Below, piece after piece: positions 10,302 through 18,070 of a stretch of 64,000 nt of DNA; positions within the stretch are counted from its first letter, which is position 1; the number at the start of each line of letters is the position of its first letter. Under the pieces are notes generated by a model. It was not told the DNA's origin. It saw only the letters and a list, made by a program, of their open reading frames with translations, and searched no databases. A program made the translations under genes and the position numbers. The DNA is from an uncultured Porticoccaceae bacterium (lineage in GTDB: Bacteria > Pseudomonadota > Gammaproteobacteria > Pseudomonadales > Porticoccaceae). Where the stretch lies: NCBI GenBank assembly GCA_964469165.1, contig CAYXXZ010000001.1, forward strand, positions 72,405 to 136,404, in the 5' to 3' direction.

Positions 10302-10598
10302 ATGTTCACGGTCAGATTCACCAAGGAGTTCTCCGTCTGGCTCGACGGAATCAAGGACGGTACGACGCGGCGCCGGCTTCAGACACGTTTGCGCAAAGCG
10401 ACCCTTGGCAATCTGGGAGATGTGAAGCCAGTCGGGGGTGGCGTGATGGAGATGCGCGAATTCTTCGGGTCAGGCTGGCGCATGTACTACGTACAGCGCG
10501 GCCGGGTGCTGATCATCATGCTGGGCGGCGGAGACAAATCTACGCAGGATGCGGACATCGCTGCAGCCAGGCATTTATCCGCCACTATCGAGGAATGA
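10302..10598 (+). CDS. type II toxin, RelE/ParE superfamily (HigB-like 'addiction module killer')
   Basis: 98 aa. F.+WL..++D...+.++..RL.+...GN.GD.K.VG.GV.E+R...G.G+R+YY is the pattern of the toxin-first killer family. The gene is followed 3 nt later by an HTH antidote gene. Confidence 0.8.
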   Translation: MFTVRFTKEFSVWLDGIKDGTTRRRLQTRLRKATLGNLGDVKPVGGGVMEMREFFGSGWRMYYVQRGRVLIIMLGGGDKSTQDADIAAARHLSATIEE

Positions 10599-10601
10599 TG
10601 T

Positions 10602-10904
10602 ATGAGCAAGAAGATCAAGGTTTCTGAATTGCCCATCTTCGACATGGCCGAGTATCTGGAAGACGATCAAGCCATTGCCGAGTACTTGACCATCGTGATG
10701 GAAGAAAACGATCCGGCCCTGCTCGCCGCCGCCTTGGGCGATATCGCACGAGCACGCGGCATGAATGAAATTGCCAAAGCTTCCGGCCTGGGCCGAGAGG
10801 CGTTGTACAAAGCGTTGCGGCCGGGCGCCAAGCCGCGCTTCGAGACTATCCAGCGAGTATGCGCGGCATTGGGAGTCAAGCTGACGGCGGTGCCTGCCGG
10901 GTAA
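10602..10904 (+). CDS. type II antitoxin, HigA-like HTH 'addiction module antidote'
   Basis: 100 aa. FD.AEYL.dd..I.EYL......D...+..ALGDIARA+GM..IAK..GL.RE.LYKAL...G.P.F.T+.+V..ALG is the classic antidote-protein pattern. Confidence 0.8.
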   Translation: MSKKIKVSELPIFDMAEYLEDDQAIAEYLTIVMEENDPALLAAALGDIARARGMNEIAKASGLGREALYKALRPGAKPRFETIQRVCAALGVKLTAVPAG

Positions 10905-10947
10905 TATCCGTTAGTGGGTACCTCGCCTATAGCGGCAAGTTCTCCTT

Positions 10948-11505
10948 CTATTTTGTGCTGATGCCGTAATTAATCAGCACACCGTCATCCTGCTCGTCGT
11001 ACGTGATGGTATTGATGAACTCGTCACTGTGCGCAATGATCATGGTGCCGCCGAGCAGCGTCTTGCTCTCGCTTCGGATATCCCAGCCTTCGTTGACATA
11101 CGAAATTCTGGTCCAGTTATCCACTTTCTCGAAGCTGTCCGCTGTTTTGATTCTAACGCTGTATTCCGTTTTACCAGCGCTGCTGGCCGAGAGTTTACTG
11201 TCGACGACATCACCGAGATAAAGCGGTATTTTGTTGCCCAGGAAACCCTCGACCAGGGCACCTTCGATTTTTTGTTCGCCCGAGGCGGCCTGATTCTGAT
11301 TGACGGTATCCTGAGATGCGGAGCCGCTGCTTGCAGCCTGTTCATTCACTCCGCGCGGCATGGCGCTATAAGCCCCGTAAACAACAGTTCCCGCTACCAC
11401 CACGCCGAAACAGTCAAAAACGCCTTGTTTTTTACAATACCTGCCTGTCGCATCTGTTCCTTTATTGATAAGCCGGAAAGTTGAGCTACGGACTCGTAGG
11501 GGCAA
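10948..11505 (-). CDS. hypothetical protein, possibly membrane-anchored (start uncertain)
   Basis: 185-aa ORF with lower GC and one hydrophobic stretch (FGVVVAGTVVYGAY). The only upstream start is a TTG that lies inside a REP element, so the N-terminus is unreliable. Confidence 0.3.
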   Translation of the reverse strand: MPLRVRSSTFRLINKGTDATGRYCKKQGVFDCFGVVVAGTVVYGAYSAMPRGVNEQAASSGSASQDTVNQNQAASGEQKIEGALVEGFLGNKIPLYLGDVVDSKLSASSAGKTEYSVRIKTADSFEKVDNWTRISYVNEGWDIRSESKTLLGGTMIIAHSDEFINTITYDEQDDGVLINYGISTK

Positions 11506-11546
11506 TTGCGCGAACCGATAAAGCCGGTTTCATGAATTGCCCCTAC
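11496..11546. repeat. REP family 1, long variant (GTAGGGGCAATT...insert...CATGAATTGCCCCTAC)
   Basis: The palindromic arms GTAGGGGCAATT / AATTGCCCCTAC recur at 23146, 24325 and 38990. This copy and the one at 38990 share a GCGCGAACCGATAAAGC(C/T)GGTTT insert. Confidence 0.85.
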
Positions 11547-11579
11547 AGCGAGATCGGGGTCAGAACAAGAATTCTCTCA

Positions 11580-11741
11580 TCAAAGATTCAGCTGCTCCAA
11601 CTCAATTCCCAGCGCTTCATTGATTTTGGCACGGGTAACCCAGCGCAGCTTCTTGGCACTTTCCATCTGCGCATACGCCGCCTGTGAGACGCCAAGCTGC
11701 CCTACAATATTCCGCGCGAGCAGGGCGCAGGTATTCGCCCG
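11580..11741 (-). pseudogene. 5'-truncated XRE-type HTH gene remnant
   Basis: The frame is open from an in-frame TGA (11742-11744) and lacks a plausible start. The translation ...LLARNIVGQLGVSQAAYAQMESAKKLRWVTRAKINEALGIELEQLNL* looks like the C-terminal two-thirds of an HTH_XRE domain. It begins 10 nt after the yhaV stop. Confidence 0.35.
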
Positions 11742-11754
11742 TCAAGGAGCATTG

Positions 11755-12213
11755 TTACTCCTTCTTCAACCAGCCTGACCGGCTCGCTGCCACAAGGCTT
11801 TCCCAATCGTCTGGTGGGTTGCCGCGCGGGAGTATCTTCTCGAACACCGCGTAGGGATCGGATTTGCTACCGGAGGAACGAAGTGTCTGCTCATCGTTGA
11901 TCCAGGCGAACACGATGGTCCTGGACCTGGTGTCATATCGAAAGAACAGACGGAAACGCCTTCCAACCTTGGCTCGCCGCCAATGGCGGTGTGCCGGCCC
12001 CAGTGTGTTGCCTTGCCGATATTCACCCCGGCCCGGGTCGCGGGGTATGACCTCAAGAAGCAACTGGCTCAGAGCTCTGAACAACTTTACGTTGGCATTG
12101 CCTTGGTAACTTTGCGGGTCGTTGCGCTGCGCACGCTCGGCGGCTGATTCCAGTTTTCGCAGTTGTTCCAGAATGCATTCATGGAACAACAGTATCCATC
12201 CATGGCGTTGCAT
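11755..12213 (-). CDS. yhaV: type II toxin YhaV (ribonuclease)
   Basis: The block RFRLFFRYDTRSRTIVFAWINDEQTLRSSGSKSDPYAVFEKILPRGNPPDDWE closely parallels E. coli YhaV (RYRLFFRY...GWMNDENTLRTYGKKTDAY.VF.KML.RGHPP.DWE). Its ATG overlaps the upstream antitoxin stop (TGATG). Confidence 0.85.
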   Translation of the reverse strand: MQRHGWILLFHECILEQLRKLESAAERAQRNDPQSYQGNANVKLFRALSQLLLEVIPRDPGRGEYRQGNTLGPAHRHWRRAKVGRRFRLFFRYDTRSRTIVFAWINDEQTLRSSGSKSDPYAVFEKILPRGNPPDDWESLVAASRSGWLKKE

Positions 12214-12558
12214 CAGAGGGCGACGTCTCCTTCCATGTCTTCATCAAGATCCACCGGATGCTCCAGATTGGCCAACATGGCCTGAGCGAGAGTATCCGGC
12301 AGAGGCCCAAGGTGCTTGCCCTGGCGGATATCCTGTTCCAGCAAGCTCAGAAAGGCAGCGATGGCCGGATCTTCATGGCCGGCATCGGCACGGGTGACAA
12401 TCACATCGCCATTGCGCAACTCAAATGCCACTTTCTCGCCGGTGGCCACACCCAGAGCCTGGCGGATGGACTTGGGCAGGGTGATCTGCCCTTTGGAGGT
12501 CTAAGGTAGCTTGTTCGTGAATGGCAGACACGGTCAAAGCCTCGTCGGTAATGCTCAC
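12213..12558 (-). pseudogene. prlF: PrlF-like (AbrB/SpoVT) antitoxin, interrupted by a 1-nt frameshift
   Basis: Frame B reads (GTG 12558) VSITDEALTVSAIHEQATL. Frame A reads TSKGQITLPKSIRQALGVATGEKVAFEL...DLDEDMEGDVAL*, preceded by TAG (12501-12503). Deleting one base in ACCTTA-G-ACCTCC restores the canonical ...ATLTSKGQITLPK AbrB-type motif. Confidence 0.7.
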
Positions 12559-12564
12559 GCCAAC

Positions 12565-12588
12565 AAGGTAAGGAATATTCCTTACCTT
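12565..12588. promoter_or_regulatory. perfect 24-bp palindrome upstream of prlF-yhaV (candidate operator)
   Basis: AAGGTAAGGAATATTCCTTACCTT is its own reverse complement. It lies 7 nt upstream of the putative GTG start of the antitoxin. Confidence 0.5.
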
Positions 12589-12732
12589 ATCAATCTGGTC
12601 TCTACAAATATTCAGAGACAGACCAGCTTTGATTGAAAAAGAATCGCGTTCAGAGCGAAGCGCCGCTGGCTCCCAGCTCCGGCATTCACCCTGTGGAAGG
12701 GAAGGGATTATTCTCTAACCTTCTGAAACCGA

Positions 12733-13827
12733 TCACTTTTCAACCACCTTACTGCCTTTTACCACCACTTCCGGGCCACTGATTCCGCGCGGAAAATCCG
12801 CATAGCGGGCATCCTCGAAACGCACCACCACCTCGCTCTCGCCCCGTTCGATCAGCGCGTAGGGAAAGCGTGACCAGGACAGATAGCGCTGGGCGCTGAT
12901 ATCCTGCGCCGCTTGTACGACGGCAGGATCATCGAGATTGCGATCGATATGCCAGTCGTAGAGGGTCAGGTGCGGTGTCGCGAGCCAGTCCCAAGCGCCC
13001 AGGTAATACGCGTCTTCCGTGGCGGCTACCACGGTGCCCTGTAAGGGATTGGCGGGTACCGGGCCGATCATCACATCCTGTGCGGCGCCGAGGCCGCGCT
13101 CCGCCAGCGCGCTGCGCACCTCTGCTCGCGCCGGTATATTGGCGATTACATTTGCCGCCATGTAGGCGGTCACCACCACGACCAGAGTACGCGCCGCCAT
13201 TTCGCCGGGAACAACGTGTCTCAGGCGCAGAACGGCGACGGCAACCAGACCGGCCAGCCACAGGCCTTGCGCCACACCGGGTACCAGCGGGTTGGTGAGC
13301 ACCAGCCACGAGGTCGGCAGCCAGAACAGCAGCCAGGCGAGCAGGGCGGGAAGGCGCTGCGACCACAACAGAAAACACAGTCCACCAAATATCAGCCACA
13401 GCCAGGGATCGATGATGAACAGTCCATCGCCATAGAACCAGCGGCCATCGAAGGGCATCAGCCAGCGCAGGCCATAATTGTTGAGCCAGTCGAGAGCAGG
13501 GTGGCTGATCACGGCAATCGCACTGACCAGCAGCAGCGGCCACCAACGCGCCGGTTCCGCGCCCGGTCGCCAGCGTCGTCGCACCAATTTGTCCCACAAC
13601 AGCAACCCCGCCGCCAACAAGGGCGGCAGCAGCACCAACGCGAGCACCCCGTGGGTCCAGCCGCGGCGGTGGGCGAGAGCCATGTAATCGCTGGCGAAAG
13701 CGACGACGATGTCTACATCCGCAATGTTGGCGCCAATCAGCAGGGCGGCGGTGGCCAGCGGGGTGGCGCGGCGCAGACCGGTAGCGGCCAGCGCACCACC
13801 GGTGAGAGTGTGGGCAATGGGGTCCAT
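12733..13827 (-). CDS. membrane-bound metal-dependent hydrolase, YdjM/DUF457 family
   Basis: MDPIAHTL.G..L and multiple TM segments with HRG.THG / HP.LDW motifs. ATG 13827 is chosen over the 13959 start because the family begins MD.(I/L).H. Confidence 0.7.
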   Translation of the reverse strand: MDPIAHTLTGGALAATGLRRATPLATAALLIGANIADVDIVVAFASDYMALAHRRGWTHGVLALVLLPPLLAAGLLLWDKLVRRRWRPGAEPARWWPLLLVSAIAVISHPALDWLNNYGLRWLMPFDGRWFYGDGLFIIDPWLWLIFGGLCFLLWSQRLPALLAWLLFWLPTSWLVLTNPLVPGVAQGLWLAGLVAVAVLRLRHVVPGEMAARTLVVVVTAYMAANVIANIPARAEVRSALAERGLGAAQDVMIGPVPANPLQGTVVAATEDAYYLGAWDWLATPHLTLYDWHIDRNLDDPAVVQAAQDISAQRYLSWSRFPYALIERGESEVVVRFEDARYADFPRGISGPEVVVKGSKVVEK

Positions 13828-14036
13828 GGATATCCTGTTTTCCAGCGGTGGGAGAACGTCCGCCGCCATTCGCACATCTGAACAAAAGCGGGCCGAAAGG
13901 GATTGTACGCATCGCGCCCAGCCTGTCCACGTCGCGCGGGTTGCGCATTGGCGAGACAAACCCGATGATTGGCGGCGAAACGTTCCGGCAGGGCTAGGGT
14001 CTGTCGGTATGACACTTTCAAACAGAGATCGATACC

Positions 14037-14390
14037 ATGGAAAACACCCCCATCTCTCCCGCCGTCAGCGACAAGCAAAAAAACCTGGTACTGCTGGTCT
14101 ACATCCTCCAGGCCCTGAGCTTTCTGGTGGGCATCAGCGCCATTGCCGGCGTCTTCATCAACTATCTGAAGCGCGACGAGGTGAAAGGCACCTGGCTGGA
14201 ATCTCATTTCGAGTGGCAGATCAAAACCTTCTGGTACTCGCTTTTGGGGGCGTTCATCGGCTTCGTGCTGCTGATCATCGGTATCGGCGTGCTCATTCTC
14301 GGCGCCGTGACCCTGTGGTACATCTACCGCATCATCAAGGGCTGGCTCGCCTACAACGATGCCAAGGCACTGCCCGATGGCCTCTTCTGA
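14037..14390 (+). CDS. small integral membrane protein (COG3671/DUF4870-like)
   Basis: 117 aa with three predicted TM helices. The family name is from memory only. Confidence 0.5.
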   Translation: MENTPISPAVSDKQKNLVLLVYILQALSFLVGISAIAGVFINYLKRDEVKGTWLESHFEWQIKTFWYSLLGAFIGFVLLIIGIGVLILGAVTLWYIYRIIKGWLAYNDAKALPDGLF

Positions 14391-15057
14391 TCACTACCAG
14401 CACCGCTTCATCAGCGGCGATGCGACGCCCTGGCCCGCGGGCAAGGTGCTGTGCGTGGGGCGCAACTACGCGGCGCACGCCGCCGAGCTGAACAACTCGG
14501 TGCCCGAGGCGCCGCTGCTGTTCCTCAAGCCATCGACCGCGATTACCGCGTTCGACGGCGAACTGGCACTGGCTGCGGATCTCGGCATTCACCACTACGA
14601 AACCGAAATGACGGTGCTGATCGGCAAGCCGCTACGGCGCTGCTCCCCGGAGCAGGCGCGCGGCGCCATCGCCGGCCTTGGCGTCGGGCTCGATCTGACC
14701 TTGCGAGCCCTGCAGGACAACCTCAAGGCCAGGCGCCACCCCTGGGAGCAGGCCAAGGCGTTCGATGGCAGTTGCGTGTTGTCCGCCTTTGCGCCCTCTT
14801 TGCCCACCACGGATATTCAGAATCTGGCGGTGCGGCTGTGGCGCAACGGCGAGTTGGTGCAGGACGGCAACACCGGGCAGATGCTGTTTCCCGTTGTTGC
14901 CCTGCTCGAAAAAATGAGCCGCTATTTCACCCTGCTGCCCGGCGATGTGGTCATGACCGGCACCCCCAAAGGGGTGGGCGAGTTGCACCATGGCGATACA
15001 GTGCGCGCCGAACTGGGTACACTGGTGGTCGCGCAGGCGAGCGTGGCGTACCTGTAG
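14377..15057 (+). CDS. fumarylacetoacetate hydrolase family protein (YcgM-like)
   Basis: K+.CVGRNYA.HA.EL......P..FLKP..A and GD.+.TGTP.GVG motifs. The alternative ATG at 14359 is also possible. Confidence 0.85.
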   Translation: MASSDHYQHRFISGDATPWPAGKVLCVGRNYAAHAAELNNSVPEAPLLFLKPSTAITAFDGELALAADLGIHHYETEMTVLIGKPLRRCSPEQARGAIAGLGVGLDLTLRALQDNLKARRHPWEQAKAFDGSCVLSAFAPSLPTTDIQNLAVRLWRNGELVQDGNTGQMLFPVVALLEKMSRYFTLLPGDVVMTGTPKGVGELHHGDTVRAELGTLVVAQASVAYL

Positions 15058-15114
15058 AGCTGGCGCCGTCGCCATCACCGGCAACCCGCACGCAGTAAAA
15101 CGGAATCCGGAACC

Positions 15115-16116
15115 ATGATCGAGCAAGACCCGCAACACCCCTTCGAGCGCCTCACTCCCGATTTGATCATCGATGCGGTGCAGAGCACCGGGCTTTGGTG
15201 CGACGGACGCCTGCTGCCGCTCAATAGCTACGAAAACCGGGTGTATCAAGTGGGGCTGGACGAAGGCAGCCCTGTGATCGTCAAGTTCTACCGCCCGGAA
15301 CGCTGGAGCGACGAGCAAATTCTCGAAGAACACCAGTTCTGTTTCGAGCTGGCAGAGCAGGAATTGCCCATCGTCGCGCCGCTGCTGATTCCCGGCGACG
15401 ACAGGCAGACCAGTCTCGCCCACTTCGGCGGTTTTCGCTTCGCCATCTATCCGCGCCGCGGCGGCCACGCCCCCGAGCTCGACAATCTGGACAACCTGCA
15501 CACCCTCGGCAAATGCATCGGCCGCATCCATCAGGTGGGCAGGGCGCGGCCCTTCGTCCACCGTCTCGCCATCGACGTACAGAGCTTTGGACACGAGTCC
15601 GTCGACTACATTGCCACCCACATGATCCCCGCCGACCTGAAAGCGGTATACGTCGGCGTGGCGCATGATCTGCTGGCGGCGGTTGAAGACGCTTTTTCCA
15701 CCCTGCGCGGCGACGATTACATTCGCGTTCACGGCGACTGCCATCCCGGCAATATCCTGTGGCGCGACGATCTGCCCCATTTCGTGGACTTCGACGATGC
15801 CCGCATGGCGCCCGCCATACAGGACATCTGGATGCTGCTGAGCGGCGAGCGCCAGCGCCAGACCGCGCAGCTCTGTGAAATCCTCGATGCCTACGCGGAA
15901 TTCTGCGACTTCGATCCGCGCCAGCTGCGCTGGGCGGAAGGCTTCCGCGCCCTGCGGCTGATGTATTTCGCCGCCTGGCTGGCACGGCGCTGGCAGGACC
16001 CGGCCTTTCCCCGGGTATTCACCTGGTTCAACACGGCGCGCTACTGGGGCGACCACATCCTCGAACTGCGGGAGCAGCTCGCCACCATAGCCGAGCCGCC
16101 GTTGCAGTGGTTGTGA
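15115..16116 (+). CDS. srkA: stress-response serine/threonine kinase SrkA (YihE/RdoA)
   Basis: F..L.PD.I.DA+.S.G....GR...LNSYENRVYQ......+.+VKFYRP.RWS..QI.EEH.F and HGD.H.GNILW are typical YihE. Confidence 0.85.
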   Translation: MIEQDPQHPFERLTPDLIIDAVQSTGLWCDGRLLPLNSYENRVYQVGLDEGSPVIVKFYRPERWSDEQILEEHQFCFELAEQELPIVAPLLIPGDDRQTSLAHFGGFRFAIYPRRGGHAPELDNLDNLHTLGKCIGRIHQVGRARPFVHRLAIDVQSFGHESVDYIATHMIPADLKAVYVGVAHDLLAAVEDAFSTLRGDDYIRVHGDCHPGNILWRDDLPHFVDFDDARMAPAIQDIWMLLSGERQRQTAQLCEILDAYAEFCDFDPRQLRWAEGFRALRLMYFAAWLARRWQDPAFPRVFTWFNTARYWGDHILELREQLATIAEPPLQWL

Positions 16117-16150
16117 GGGTGGAAGGGACTTTTATCTTCCCTCTCCCCAG

Positions 16151-16347
16151 CCCTCTCCCTAAAGGGAGAGGGGGCAGAATGGGGGGTCGCAACAATTCCC
16201 TCACGTTTCCAGACGAGGCACCGCAACGGCTCCCTCTCCCTTCAGGGAGAGGGGCAGAATGGGGGTCGCAACAACCCCCTTACTTTTCCAGACGAGGCAC
16301 CGCAATAACTCCCTCTCCCTTCAGGGAGAGGGTTGGGGAGAGGGCGA
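16151..16347. repeat. tandem repeat of about 80 bp, about 2.4 units, each starting with the hairpin CCCTCTCCCT-NN-AGGGAGAGGG
   Basis: Units start at 16151, 16232 and 16311 (periods 81 and 79). Units 1 and 2 share GGCAGAATGGGGG(G)TCGCAACAA...TTTCCAGACGAGGCACCGCAA. A half-copy (CCCTCTCCCC) occurs at about 16139. Confidence 0.85.
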
Positions 16348-16403
16348 CACCAACACCCGGGAACGGATTCGTCTCTCTGTCACAATTCGTCTATAATGGC
16401 CCG

Positions 16404-16686
16404 CTTGTCTGTCCTGCCTCCGTGGCACTAGTCCCTTCGACTTTCCGCACTGCCGCTGCACTTCGCGGTCGAGTGTCGCTCTGTAGCCCTTCAGCATCCC
16501 GCCGGTTTCGGAGAGGAGTGCGCTGCGGGGCCCGACGGCAGGACTCTTTTGTAAAAAGCCTCGGTATGAGCGGGCTCGCCGTGAAAATTCCATTGAGAGG
16601 TTCGCGACCAGGGCCGCTCCTGCAGTGGCCGCTGTGCCATCCAGGGTAGAATCAGCTCTTCTTGCGCCTGGCCGGCGCTTTTTTTG
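16404..16686 (+). ncRNA. candidate structured leader / small RNA upstream of the tandem MFS genes (class not identified)
   Basis: TATAAT at 16392-16397. Long-range complementarity between GTCCTGCC (16411-16418) and GGCAGGAC (16537-16544). A GC hairpin plus T7 lies at 16664-16685. No convincing protein ORF. About 135 nt remain before the MFS ATG. Confidence 0.3.
16664..16686 (+). terminator. intrinsic-terminator-like hairpin + T-run
   Basis: GCGCC-TGGCC-GGCGC followed by TTTTTTT. Confidence 0.5.
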
Positions 16687-16822
16687 AGCCATAGCGTCAA
16701 CAAACTACGTCCTGCCAGAGCTCTTGAAAAAGAGATTCAAGAAAGTCGCACTTGCAGACCCGTGCAGCCTATATTGCTGACTTACGAGCAAAAAGAACAA
16801 GGGAGCCCGCCACCAAGCAGCC

Positions 16823-18070
16823 ATGCCCAAGCCCAACGCCCGACTCAAACCCAGCCCCTGGGTGCAGCTTGTACACAACCGCCAGTTTATCTGGCTGTTG
16901 CTGGGCAACGTGGCCATGTTCTTCGGTTTTTCCGCGACATTGCTGCTGCGCTCGCTACTGGCCTGGAAGATCACCGGCGACGAGATGTCGCTGGCGTGGA
17001 TCAACCTCGTGGCGGCGGGCTGCATGTTCTTCACGTCGATATTTGCCGGCGCCGTCATCGACCGCGTCGAGCGGCGACGCATGATGCTCATCGCGCAAAC
17101 GGTGCTGCTGGCGGCAGAGGGCAGCGTGCTCGTGCTGTTGGTCATGGATCGCCTGACCTTCGGCTTTCTGCTGGTCAGCGCCTTCGCGGTCAGCACCACC
17201 TTTCCGTTCATCATGCCCGCGCGCACCGCGATGGTGGTGGAATCCGTGGGCCGTGCGTCCTTCGGCAAGGCGTCGGCAATGATGTCCGGCGGCGTCAACA
17301 TTTCGCGCATGGTGAGCCCCGCCGCAGTTGGCTTCATCGCCGACTGGTGGGGTCTGGCCCAAGGCTATCTGTCACTGGTCGCCGTGCATGCCATCGCCCT
17401 GTGGTGCACATTCAACGTCAAGCGCAGCTATCCCGTGCACGACCCGCAGCGGGGCGCGATTTTCAGCGAAATCCGTGAAGGCTTTGCCTATATTTCCCGC
17501 AACCGGCCGCTGGCGCTGTGCCTTCTCTTCGGGATATTGCCGGTTCTCATCGTGGTGCCTTTCCAGAACATGATGGTGGTATTCGTCGAGGAACTGTGGG
17601 GCCAAGGCGGCAGCGGACTCGGCATCATGCTGGCGGCGATGGGTGTGGGCGGCCTGCTGGGGTCCGTGCTGATGGCCATGATCAAGGACGGCAGCCTGAT
17701 GAAGCCGATGATCGTGGCCACCGTCTTCATGGGCATTTTCCTGATCCTGCTCAGCCACTCTCCCTGGTTCTGGCTCGCCGTGATCATCATGTTCGGCATC
17801 TACAGCTCGTCGGTGCTGACCCAGATCCTGGTCCATACCGGCGTGCAGCTCATGTCCGAGGACAGGTATCGCGGCCGCATCACCACCATCTCCCTGATGA
17901 CCTTCGGCCTGGCCCCCGTGGGCACCTTTCCGCTGGCATTCGCCACCAAGCACATCGGTGCGTCGCTGGCGTTGACCGCCGCCGCGGTGATATTGCTCAT
18001 CTGCGTAACGGCGATCTGGTTTCTGTTGCCGTCGTTCCGCAAGATCGACGAGGCGGCGCGGGCTTACTGA
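16823..18070 (+). CDS. MFS transporter (MFS_3 / EntS-like), paralogue 1
   Basis: 415 aa with about 12 TM segments. The N-terminal block is LLRSLLAWKITGDEMSLAWINL....AGAVIDRVERRR. Confidence 0.85.
   Translation: MPKPNARLKPSPWVQLVHNRQFIWLLLGNVAMFFGFSATLLLRSLLAWKITGDEMSLAWINLVAAGCMFFTSIFAGAVIDRVERRRMMLIAQTVLLAAEGSVLVLLVMDRLTFGFLLVSAFAVSTTFPFIMPARTAMVVESVGRASFGKASAMMSGGVNISRMVSPAAVGFIADWWGLAQGYLSLVAVHAIALWCTFNVKRSYPVHDPQRGAIFSEIREGFAYISRNRPLALCLLFGILPVLIVVPFQNMMVVFVEELWGQGGSGLGIMLAAMGVGGLLGSVLMAMIKDGSLMKPMIVATVFMGIFLILLSHSPWFWLAVIIMFGIYSSSVLTQILVHTGVQLMSEDRYRGRITTISLMTFGLAPVGTFPLAFATKHIGASLALTAAAVILLICVTAIWFLLPSFRKIDEAARAY

Noticed and set aside
13828-14036. Expected a LexA (SOS) box upstream of the ydjM-like gene, as in E. 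coli.
   Set aside because: No CTGT-N8-ACAG motif is present. Only unrelated CTGT occurrences were seen.
16195-16300. CCAGACGAGGCACCGC, resembling the CCGGACGAGG core of guanidine-III (ykkC-III) riboswitches.
   Set aside because: The match is limited to about 8 nt and lies inside the tandem repeat unit. The rest of the pseudoknot consensus is absent.
16151-16347. Possible CRISPR array.
   Set aside because: There are only about 2.4 units with a period of about 80 bp. The sequence between the hairpins is itself repeated, so there are no unique spacers. No cas genes are nearby.
16520-16600. Partial resemblance to FMN-riboswitch segments (CCGACGGCAGGACTC, GTGAAAATTCC) and, on the opposite strand, a GCCACTG B12-box-like heptamer.
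   Set aside because: The segments are in the wrong order and orientation relative to the RFN and cobalamin consensus, and the other invariant blocks are missing.
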